Position numbers and translations under genes: made by a program. Below the pieces are notes generated by a model that saw only the letters and a list, made by a program, of their open reading frames with translations, had not been told where the DNA came from and made no database searches. 47,175 nucleotides of DNA from an uncultured archaeon (lineage in GTDB: Archaea; Asgardarchaeota; Lokiarchaeia; Sigyniarchaeales; SOKP01): the NCBI GenBank assembly GCA_964525635.1, contig CAZGJX010000020.1, positions 1 through 47,175 on the forward strand, read 5' to 3'. Below, piece by piece: positions 39,601-47,175 of this stretch (its first letter is position 1; each line of letters begins with the position of its first letter).

Positions 39601-39871
39601 CATAGATTTTTTGTACAACAAAATTATTTTCATTATAAATTGCTAAATTTATATTACATGATATTAATGAATCTATAGGGATTTTAGGAAAAGTTTCTTT
39701 AATTTTACTAATTAAATGTTCTTCAGTTGGATTATTTGGGATCCATAGGATAAAGAAATTAGTGTCTTGGGGAATTTTGGTTTTTTTAGGATACACAGAG
39801 AATTCACTAATATCAGCATTCCAATAACTTGAAAGGATATAAGTTAATTGTAAATTAGAATTTGGTTTCAT
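36662..39871 (-). CDS. SNF2-family helicase/ATPase
   Basis: LADDMGLGKT, DESQ, SGTPIEN, FTQF, GGTGLNL, QATDRAYRIGQ. Confidence 0.93.
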   Translation of the reverse strand: MKPNSNLQLTYILSSYWNADISEFSVYPKKTKIPQDTNFFILWIPNNPTEEHLISKIKETFPKIPIDSLISCNINLAIYNENNFVVQKIYAKILPIIPAARLLNQLEIYESEEINKSSIKYNNSIITWALLTKLVFEMLNRSNFIPSLEKKTEVNFKGNWHIFLKNQYDNERFKKIIENCSWEAHNLPANFRILKNSSNLEEKYYTEELWHPSFLFTNYMNTIGDLLIRFILKSKKFGTFEEFYNPEILKEKKRDLNLSWDYKFLKSLLKKDNIFKISRFHETIIPKLINNWTNTTQISTTRFGISLILKLDYPKNNQNEWLLKFYISSQNTDDLISLDEFWRGKNIGNKIYQLVESREQLIESILKSLYIAIKIYPPLKKALNDEYPKEVICTSEEVMNFLSYPKDLLIQSGFNVILPEVFNIGGKQRLSTKMVISIPKKDKIKPKTSSISPIFQLQDILNYKWKVELGSEILKENEIKNIIESDHPLINWRGEWILVEQQDIINLKRILNPSISSGDFNKPEGKINYMEALKLGLSGNIQLEDNGIDYEVIMEGDFNEIINKIKFLNKFEKKSAPKNFNGELRPYQKDGLTWMANMCELNFGLCLADDMGLGKTIEVIALLLYFKEKYPMELGSTLIICPTSVLYNWKLELNKFAPELDILLHHGSNREKDISKFAKCIQPHRIILTSYATVRNDIDLLKTIPFSGIIIDESQNMKNYEAQQTQAIYKLQGQYRICLSGTPIENRLIELWTLFNFLNPGLLGNRTHFQENFIIPIERYYDQDVILKLKKIIAPFILRRVKTDKSIIKDLPDKNEMKIYINLSKEQSSLYQNLAKEALEQFESSSSNNKTKNMLILNLLTKFKQICNHPYQYLHKSIPSGISDKDYKDLISQSPKLKRLLEMIDNVIMNGEKVIIFTQFTQMGDLLEVILNNKYNFPILYFHGSVPAKKREKLIEEFQSDDLNSSPILILSIKAGGTGLNLTKATTVFHYDRWWNPAVEKQATDRAYRIGQTKNVNVYKFITLGTIEEKIDALIEEKKELAESIITSGESWLSQLNDDKLKELISLNL

Positions 39872-39965
39872 TTAATCAAAGGACTCCAAAAGTTATATTC
39901 TCAATATATAAGATTTCTCAGATTTAATAAAATTTTCGAAAATATGGATGAATTTACTTAGTTAG

Positions 39966-40538
39966 TTAAAGAACACCTTTAGTAGAAGGGATTTCAGATC
40001 CTATAATTTTGATTGCTTCCTTTATTGCTCTTGCCAATGCTTTAAAAGCAGCTTCAACCTTATGGTGTTGATCTTCTCCATAAAGAATATGTAGATGTAA
40101 ATTCATTTTCACATTCTCTGAAAAAGAATTGAAAAAATGGAGTATATCTTCAACAGCAACATCTTCGATATTACATTCATTTAATTTTAGATCTATAATT
40201 AATGCTTTACGACCACAAAAATCTATAACACAACGAGCTAACGACTCATCCATAGGGATTAGAGCTGAACCATATCGATTTATTCCTTTTTTATCACCTA
40301 ATGCTTTAAAAAGACATTGACCAAGTGAAATTCCTATATCCTCAATTATATGATGTGTTAAATCTCCTGATGCTTTAATCTCTAAATCAATTCTAGAGTG
40401 TTTTGATAATAAAACAAGCATATGATCAATGAATTTAAATCCTGTATCAATTTCACTTTTACCTTTACCATCTAGATTTAATTTAACAAAAATATCTGTT
40501 TCTGTTGTCTTCCTTTTTAATTCAGCAGTTCTTGCCAT
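39966..40538 (-). CDS. hisB: Imidazoleglycerol-phosphate dehydratase
   Basis: RKTTETDI, HHIIED, PMDESL, HHKVEAAFKA, PSTKGVL. Confidence 0.95.
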   Translation of the reverse strand: MARTAELKRKTTETDIFVKLNLDGKGKSEIDTGFKFIDHMLVLLSKHSRIDLEIKASGDLTHHIIEDIGISLGQCLFKALGDKKGINRYGSALIPMDESLARCVIDFCGRKALIIDLKLNECNIEDVAVEDILHFFNSFSENVKMNLHLHILYGEDQHHKVEAAFKALARAIKEAIKIIGSEIPSTKGVL

Positions 40539-40679
40539 ATTATTATGTACCTCTTTTAATTCTCTTTTTAAATATGCTATAATTATTTTTAGTCAGAGTT
40601 TTATTTTAAATTATTTAAAATTTTTTCAAATATTTTTTTTTTTGTTATTTAAATAATTATAGTCTCATTAAAAGAATTA

Positions 40680-42581
40680 TTAAGTCATTTTAAAGTATTG
40701 CTCAATATATTCTCGATTACTATTCTCAATTTGATACAAATCATATATTTCATAATTAATCAATTTTTGAATTTTTTGCTGCTGTTTTGATTGATCATCT
40801 AAATCCAATAATATCTTTACATTAGATCTAATCCTCTGAGCCTTTATTTTTTCATTTTTATTTTCTGGAATCTTTATTGGTAAAAATTTAATTTTTTCAA
40901 TTAATATCCGTGGAAACAATTTTTTATACGAACCAAAAGATTTCATAAAGAAATAGGATAAGAGATGAGAATTAATTAAGCCCAGAAGAAAAAGATTATC
41001 AAATTCTTTAATTGGAGAATCTATTACCTTTAAATTATAAAAACTTTGTGAGCATAATGATAGATCATTATCATAAGATGCACATATTAAATTATTTTGA
41101 TTAATTTGCCTTATGATAATTCGATTTTTGTAATTATCCAAGTTCTTATACTGAATTCCTTTTTTTTTCATATTTATATATTTATAAGTTTTTATTTTAT
41201 ATCGCTTTAAAGAATAAATATATGGCTTATAATCGCTTATTTCTCTAATAGGGGGTTTATCCAATATTATTTTTTCAGTTTGATCTTCTGTGAATCGTTC
41301 TCCACATATTCTACAATTTTCTTTATTTTTCGGAAGGGGATAATATTTCTGACAGGTATTGCAATAAAAAACTAATCCTTCTTTAGAGAGTTCTACTCCT
41401 CTATTTAATTCGATTTTAAATCGATCTTCTTCTATAAGATTTTTAACCTTTGGAAAGTGATCAATTAAATGGTTAAGAATTATATTATCTTTAAAATTCA
41501 AATGAATTAGAAATTGATTATCCCAATTTTCAAGTTCTGTTTGTATAATTTTGTGAGGATTCTCAAATTTAGAATTAGCTATATTAATATGTATTTTGTT
41601 ATTATTTCTCATTGATTCTTCTTTTTCTTTTTGAAAAATTATTATTATATTTGAAACAACCGAATTCTCAAATTTTGGTCCAGTATAGAAGATTTCTATA
41701 ATTTTTGTAGTATTTTTTACATAATTTCTTATAGGTGCTCTATTTGAAAGTGCTAACAATGAATCAGGAACAATATACCCCAAATATCCCTTATCCTTTA
41801 ATAATTTTATTCCCAATTCAATAAAAATTTGAAAATAATCATATTGACCTATATTTGTTTCAAATTCTTGATTTTTAATGATAGTTCTCTGATTTTTTGG
41901 GATATCTCTTATAAATAGATAAGGAGGATTCCCCACAATAAAGTCATACTCATTTTTTTTTGAAATTCTTAATGAATTCTTATTGTATATGTCAAAAATA
42001 GGAATACAATAATCATATTCACTTTCTAGAATTTTGTTAAAAATGTTATATAAAATCAGGTAAATATTAATTTGACAAATTATACAAGCAATAGGATTAA
42101 TATCTACTCCAATTATATTTTTCTTTAAATTCTTTATAATATTTTTTAATATATTTGCATCTAATTTGATTATATCATTTACTTTATATAAGATATGATA
42201 TCTTTCAATATATCTTTTTATTGCTTCTAAAATAAAACTTCCTGAACCACAACTAAGGTCAATAATCTTCTTATTTTCAATTGACTCATAAGGAATATAT
42301 TCAATTTTATCTAAAATATAGTCCACAGTTGATTTAGGTGTGTAAATCTCTCCAGATAATTTTCTTTTTTCATAAGGAATTATTTTTTCATAAATTTTCC
42401 CTAAATCATAAAATTCTATCCTTTTTTCCAATGTGATATGTTTAGTATATATTTTAATTATATTACTAATAATTTCATTAATGTGATTTTTAATATTTTT
42501 ATCTAGAAAAGAGTTTACGTAATGATTAATTAATTCCAACTTATTTTTCCCAAGAAATTCAATATAATTATTGATATTCAT
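40680..42581 (-). CDS. Gamma-class N6-adenine DNA methyltransferase (TaqI/Eco57I-like) with CxxC-CxxC insert
   Basis: GEIYTP, DLSCGSG, VGNPPY, GLINS; CNTC..CRIC. Confidence 0.85.
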   Translation of the reverse strand: MNINNYIEFLGKNKLELINHYVNSFLDKNIKNHINEIISNIIKIYTKHITLEKRIEFYDLGKIYEKIIPYEKRKLSGEIYTPKSTVDYILDKIEYIPYESIENKKIIDLSCGSGSFILEAIKRYIERYHILYKVNDIIKLDANILKNIIKNLKKNIIGVDINPIACIICQINIYLILYNIFNKILESEYDYCIPIFDIYNKNSLRISKKNEYDFIVGNPPYLFIRDIPKNQRTIIKNQEFETNIGQYDYFQIFIELGIKLLKDKGYLGYIVPDSLLALSNRAPIRNYVKNTTKIIEIFYTGPKFENSVVSNIIIIFQKEKEESMRNNNKIHINIANSKFENPHKIIQTELENWDNQFLIHLNFKDNIILNHLIDHFPKVKNLIEEDRFKIELNRGVELSKEGLVFYCNTCQKYYPLPKNKENCRICGERFTEDQTEKIILDKPPIREISDYKPYIYSLKRYKIKTYKYINMKKKGIQYKNLDNYKNRIIIRQINQNNLICASYDNDLSLCSQSFYNLKVIDSPIKEFDNLFLLGLINSHLLSYFFMKSFGSYKKLFPRILIEKIKFLPIKIPENKNEKIKAQRIRSNVKILLDLDDQSKQQQKIQKLINYEIYDLYQIENSNREYIEQYFKMT

Positions 42582-42858
42582 TTTATATTTTATGTCAATA
42601 AAGTTAGATATGTTTTTTATAGTTTATTTTTTCAATTATATTAAATCTATGATAATATTCTGAATTATAATTCTTATTATTTTTAAATTAATAGTTAATT
42701 CAAATATGATTATCATTTTTTAAAATATGATAATATAAGTTATCATAATTCTAAAACAAATGATAAAATGTATTTTTTTAAAAAAAAATATTTTTAAAAT
42801 ATAAAGATATATAGAATATGATAAAGAGATGCAGTAAATTTTCCTTTGAGAAAAAATT

Positions 42859-43962
42859 ATGATTGAAAATATAATTTTAATAATAATAGCTATTGTTCTA
42901 TCAATTATTGGAATGGCAAATTTATTTATTAACAAGGATAAACATGTTATGGAAGGATTAGACTTTACATTTATATTTCTCTATTATATAGATGAAATTA
43001 TTTATTTTTTCTTTTTTAATTTGTCATTCGATTCCATTTTTACCATAGAAACTGTAAACATATTCTATAATATATCCATTGTATTGAGAGTAATTAAGTT
43101 AGCTTTGCTAGGTTCTATCCATAGTTATGTTTTAATTGAGAGTAAAATAAAATATTTACCTGCATTTATATATTCATTTTTGAGTGGAGTAATTGGAATT
43201 CAAATATTTCTGTTCAATGCATTTGAAATAACTCTTATTCAATCTAGTTATGTTTTCAGATTAAGGGACTATTTATTATTTTCACTTATAATATCATTTA
43301 ACGCAATTATGTTAATTTTCCCCGCTTTTATTCAGAGAATATGTTCAAAAAATATAGGTTCAAAAAAAAAGAGGAGTCTTTTTAATTTATGCATAATCTA
43401 CTATTTGATAGATGTATTTGTATATATAATTTATTTCTTTCATCCAATTGTTAATTTAAGGTATTTACATTCTTTATTTTTTCTTAGTTTTCTTGTATTT
43501 ATTGATATTGTTAGTTTAAGAAATTTTGATTTATTCATTATTTTGACGAATAAAATTTATGATTTTTCAGTATTTCATAGATCAGGTGTTTTATTATTTT
43601 CATACAATTTTGAGAGAGGGGAGGAAATAGAAGATTCTATGTTAAAAGGTTCTATTTTAATTGGAATTAATCATATTCTTTCTAATTTTATTGATAAAAA
43701 AGATAAATTAAATCTTATTAAAATGAAAGATAGGGATATAATATTCGATTATAATGATAAATTTGGTTTTGGTATTTTAATAATAGCAAAAAATAAAAAT
43801 AAGACACTATCCAAAGCAGTCAAACTATTTATGGAAAGTTTTTTAGATGAATATCAAGAGATTTTAAAAAAAATCAATGAACAAAGTAGAATTATTGATA
43901 TTTCACAATTTAATATGACTAAAAACCTAGTAAAAGCATATTTTAATCCATTTATCCCATAA
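42859..43962 (+). CDS. About 7TM membrane protein with C-terminal longin-like domain
   Basis: Seven hydrophobic segments then VFHRSGVLLFSYNF...LIGINHILSNF. Confidence 0.7.
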   Translation: MIENIILIIIAIVLSIIGMANLFINKDKHVMEGLDFTFIFLYYIDEIIYFFFFNLSFDSIFTIETVNIFYNISIVLRVIKLALLGSIHSYVLIESKIKYLPAFIYSFLSGVIGIQIFLFNAFEITLIQSSYVFRLRDYLLFSLIISFNAIMLIFPAFIQRICSKNIGSKKKRSLFNLCIIYYLIDVFVYIIYFFHPIVNLRYLHSLFFLSFLVFIDIVSLRNFDLFIILTNKIYDFSVFHRSGVLLFSYNFERGEEIEDSMLKGSILIGINHILSNFIDKKDKLNLIKMKDRDIIFDYNDKFGFGILIIAKNKNKTLSKAVKLFMESFLDEYQEILKKINEQSRIIDISQFNMTKNLVKAYFNPFIP

Positions 43963-44067
43963 TCATTCTATTAAATTTAAAATTTAAATTTTTTTAATGG
44001 AATATTTTATCTTTTTTTTATTATCGAAGATTTAATAACCATGAACACTAATTAATAAAATAGTAAA

Positions 44068-45186
44068 ATGAATAGTGTTTTATCGATATCCCTATATATT
44101 GGATTTTTAACTTGTATATGTGTAAGTATCACTACTATTATTCATTTATCTATAAATCATAAAAAATATGGAATTAAAACTATATCTATATTAAATATCA
44201 TAATTCTTTTGTTTATAGGTATTCTTTTTCAAGTTCATTATTATGCATCGATAGAAATATATTATTCTGATATTATTAACAGAATTATTTTTAAATATAC
44301 TATTATTACAGAATGTATTTCTTTACTTCTTTATACAATAGCTTTTAGTTTTTTAAGACGATATGGCAAAATTCCAATGGTTAAATTTCTATTTTTTACA
44401 TTTATTTACAGCTTAGTAGTAGGAAATTTAATCTCAGACAGTTCTATTTATGTAAAATTATTATCTAATCAAGATATCTTTTATTATTTTGATAATTTAA
44501 CTAAAGTTTTAATCATTACATTCAATTCTTGCGTCTTAATTTTTATTATTTATAACTCAGTCAAAATTAGAAAAATCACAAATTTTGAGAAATTTGGTAA
44601 TGGACTTATTATTTACACTATAATCCTATCTATTTCAATTCTATTTTTTTGTATTTATATTTTATCTGAAATTATATCAATTAGAATCTTATTTCTTCCT
44701 TTTTTATGGATTTCAATTATAATTCAATGTATTTTTATAATTTTAAAACCAAAAATGTTCTTGAGATTTACTAATAAAATCTATTTTATTCATATCTATC
44801 ATAAAACAGGTATTTTACTTTATTCATATAAGTTTGAAAAATCAATTGATATAAATGGAGAATCAACTATTTGGGGAAATATTTTAATAGGGATAAATCA
44901 TATTCTCTCTGAATTTACAAACAAAACAGATCAAATTGATATACTTCAAACAATAAATTCTGACATTTTTGTTAATTATAGTAAGAAATATGGTTTTGCT
45001 GTATTAGCAATAACTAATCAAAGAAATACTTATATCGAAAATCTTGTAGACAAATTAACCAAAGATTTCAAAGAAAGATATAAGAATGAATTAAATGAGT
45101 TAAAAGACATAAATAAGATAATAAATGTGTCGGAATTTGAGGATGCTAAAAAGATAATAGAGAAAAATTTCAAAATCTATATATAA
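44068..45186 (+). CDS. About 7TM membrane protein with C-terminal longin-like domain (tandem paralog)
   Basis: IYHKTGILLYSYKF...LIGINHILSEF. Confidence 0.7.
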   Translation: MNSVLSISLYIGFLTCICVSITTIIHLSINHKKYGIKTISILNIIILLFIGILFQVHYYASIEIYYSDIINRIIFKYTIITECISLLLYTIAFSFLRRYGKIPMVKFLFFTFIYSLVVGNLISDSSIYVKLLSNQDIFYYFDNLTKVLIITFNSCVLIFIIYNSVKIRKITNFEKFGNGLIIYTIILSISILFFCIYILSEIISIRILFLPFLWISIIIQCIFIILKPKMFLRFTNKIYFIHIYHKTGILLYSYKFEKSIDINGESTIWGNILIGINHILSEFTNKTDQIDILQTINSDIFVNYSKKYGFAVLAITNQRNTYIENLVDKLTKDFKERYKNELNELKDINKIINVSEFEDAKKIIEKNFKIYI

Positions 45187-45236
45187 TCATCTTGTTTATA
45201 TAAATCAAAATTTAATGATTCAAAATCTAAGAATTA

Positions 45237-46835
45237 TTACCAATTTTTTTTATCTTTTAATAATTTAAATATATAGGAATCAACAAGCGCATCCCATGAT
45301 GCTACAATAATATTTTCATGAGCACCTATCGTTCCCCAACTATCATTCTCATCATGTGTTTCTGCTAAGACTCTAACCTTTGATTCCGTTCCTTCTTGAT
45401 TTATAATTCTTACTTTAAAATCTGATAAATCAATTTCACTAATACTTGGATAAAAATAAATTAAGGCCTTTTTAAGTGCATTATCAAGAGCATTAACTGG
45501 ACCATTACCCTCCGCGGCTGTATGAAAAAATTCTTTTCCCACATTTACTTTAATTGTTGCTTCTGAAATAAGATTATCTTTATACATCTCTGTAAATACT
45601 CTGAAACCTTCAAGATTAAAGAATTTCTTACGGTAATAATTTGGATCTTGTATATTCATATCCATGCTTCTCATTAATATTTCTAATGACCCCTCTGCTC
45701 CTTCAAATGAATAACCTTGATTTTCCTTTTCCTTTATTATCTTTAATATCGCAGCTAACTTTGGACTCTCCTCATTTAAAGGGAGATTAAATTTCTTTGC
45801 CATATGTAATATCGAACTTTTTCCTGCTAATTCAGAAACTTTAATATTTCGAGAATTACCTACTAATTCAGGATTTATATGCTCATAAGTTTTATAATTT
45901 TTTAACATTGCAGAAATATGAATTCCTCCTTTATGAGAAAAAGCATTTTTTCCAACAAAAGGTTGATCTATTTGGCTAGGTAGATTTGCCATTTCATAAA
46001 TAAAGTGAGAAACATCAGTTAAGTTTTTCAAATTCTCAGATTTTATGGAATCAATTTTAAATTTAATATTAAAGATTGGAATAATTGTTGTTAAATCTGT
46101 ATTTCCACATCTCTCACCAAAACCATTCATAGTTCCTTGAATTAAAGGTACCCCTTCTCTCCAAGCTTGTATTGCAATAGCATTTGCTAAACCACAATCA
46201 TTGTGTGCATGAATTCCTAATGGAGTATCCCCTATTATTTTTTTAACTTCTGCAATAATTGGTGAAATTTCACTTGGTAATGATCCTCCGTTTGTATCAC
46301 ATAAAACAATCCAAGAAGCGCCTGCTTCTTTTGCAGTCAAAATAGTCTTTAAAGTATAATCTTTATTATTTTTAAAACCATCAAAAAAATGCTCAGCATC
46401 AAACATAATATCAATATTATTATCAATCAGATAGGTTATTGTGTCTTTTATCATATTGAGATTTTCATCTAAAGATGTTTCTAAAGCATCTCTAACATGT
46501 AAATCCCAAGTCTTGCCAACGATTGTAGCCTGTTCTGATTCTGTATCTAAGATAGCCTTTATGCTTATGTCATTTTCAACTTTTGTTTTCTTTCTTCTTG
46601 TACTGCTAAATGGATATATTTTTGAATTACCTAAATGTATATCCTTAATTCTATTAAATAACTCTATATCCTTTGGATTAGATCCTGGCCAACCTGCTTC
46701 AATCATAGGTATTTCAAGATCATTAACTAGTCTCTCAATTATCCTTATTTTATCTTCAATAGAAAATGCTATTCCAGTTTTTTGGGATCCTTCTCTAAGT
46801 GTTGCATCATATATATATAGTTCTTTATTTTCCAT
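45237..46835 (-). CDS. cimA: Citramalate synthase (LeuA/CimA family, bacterial-type)
   Basis: DATLREG, EAGWPGSNPKD, DAEHFFDG, HAHND, GERCGN, HKGGIH, EGNGPVNALD. Confidence 0.88.
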   Translation of the reverse strand: MENKELYIYDATLREGSQKTGIAFSIEDKIRIIERLVNDLEIPMIEAGWPGSNPKDIELFNRIKDIHLGNSKIYPFSSTRRKKTKVENDISIKAILDTESEQATIVGKTWDLHVRDALETSLDENLNMIKDTITYLIDNNIDIMFDAEHFFDGFKNNKDYTLKTILTAKEAGASWIVLCDTNGGSLPSEISPIIAEVKKIIGDTPLGIHAHNDCGLANAIAIQAWREGVPLIQGTMNGFGERCGNTDLTTIIPIFNIKFKIDSIKSENLKNLTDVSHFIYEMANLPSQIDQPFVGKNAFSHKGGIHISAMLKNYKTYEHINPELVGNSRNIKVSELAGKSSILHMAKKFNLPLNEESPKLAAILKIIKEKENQGYSFEGAEGSLEILMRSMDMNIQDPNYYRKKFFNLEGFRVFTEMYKDNLISEATIKVNVGKEFFHTAAEGNGPVNALDNALKKALIYFYPSISEIDLSDFKVRIINQEGTESKVRVLAETHDENDSWGTIGAHENIIVASWDALVDSYIFKLLKDKKNW

Positions 46836-47175
46836 CGTTGTTTATTCACATTTTTCTTTTTTTTTATAAATATAAGAAATTTTAAACATAGGAATTCTTA
46901 TAACAGAAAAATTAAATCGTAGAATAAGTTTAAAATTTCTTTTATGAATTTAAATAATTCCATCAATGATAATAATTACTATTGGAATTATTGTTTTTTT
47001 CATAATTATAATGAAAATAGCAATTATAATTTTTAATTTTTATTATATTTAAATACAAAAATAAGAGAAAATATAATATTATCAATTTTATACATGTTTC
47101 TCCTAATTGATTAAGTAATGAAAAAAGAAAAAAAACTCCTTGCGAACTAAAGTTCGCTTCTAATCACAAAACTTT

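Noticed and set aside
35721-42581. SWIM+SNF2+MTase as a defence island (DISARM/BREX-like)
   Set aside because: SWIM-SNF2 is a common stand-alone pair, hisB intervenes, and no other defence components are present.
3868-46869. Antisense/overlapping track ORFs (3868, 4657, 6717, 14846, 20008, 21804, 24146, 27620, 29728, 37929, 40129, 40429, 42720, 46441)
   Set aside because: These are shadows of well-supported genes on the opposite strand, with no motifs.
1-47175. CRISPR arrays, rRNA, transposases, integrases
   Set aside because: No regularly spaced repeats, rRNA-like GC-rich blocks or DDE/tyrosine recombinase motifs were seen.

Overview
Very AT-rich archaeal DNA. By inference it comes from an Asgard archaeon (Lokiarchaeia-like), because it carries four small-GTPase genes fused to roadblock/longin/uDENN-like domains, three 7TM+longin-like proteins and a Loki-type multicopy hypothetical domain. 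The window contains a clustered Aeropyrum-type (modified) mevalonate pathway: UbiD-like AMP decarboxylase, two-subunit PMDh, mevalonate kinase, an IPK-IDI2 fusion and UbiX. It also has a polyprenyl synthase, a GH5 glycosidase, two orphan DNA methyltransferases, a SWIM+SNF2 pair, hisB and cimA. Three signals are missed by the ORF track. (1) A candidate new selenoprotein: 33546..34481(-) has an in-frame TGA at 34431-34433 and a eukaryote-like SECIS/K-turn hairpin just after its stop codon. (2) A 31-nt bulge-helix-bulge intron (8308..8338) interrupts the conserved GEH motif of mevalonate kinase, next to a free-standing double-HNH gene. (3) A ~230-nt structured RNA with a tRNA-like elbow lies directly downstream of a DIP1984-like gene. 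Several genes also appear to start at ATA/ATT. All family calls come from motif recognition by eye; no database search or folding program was run.
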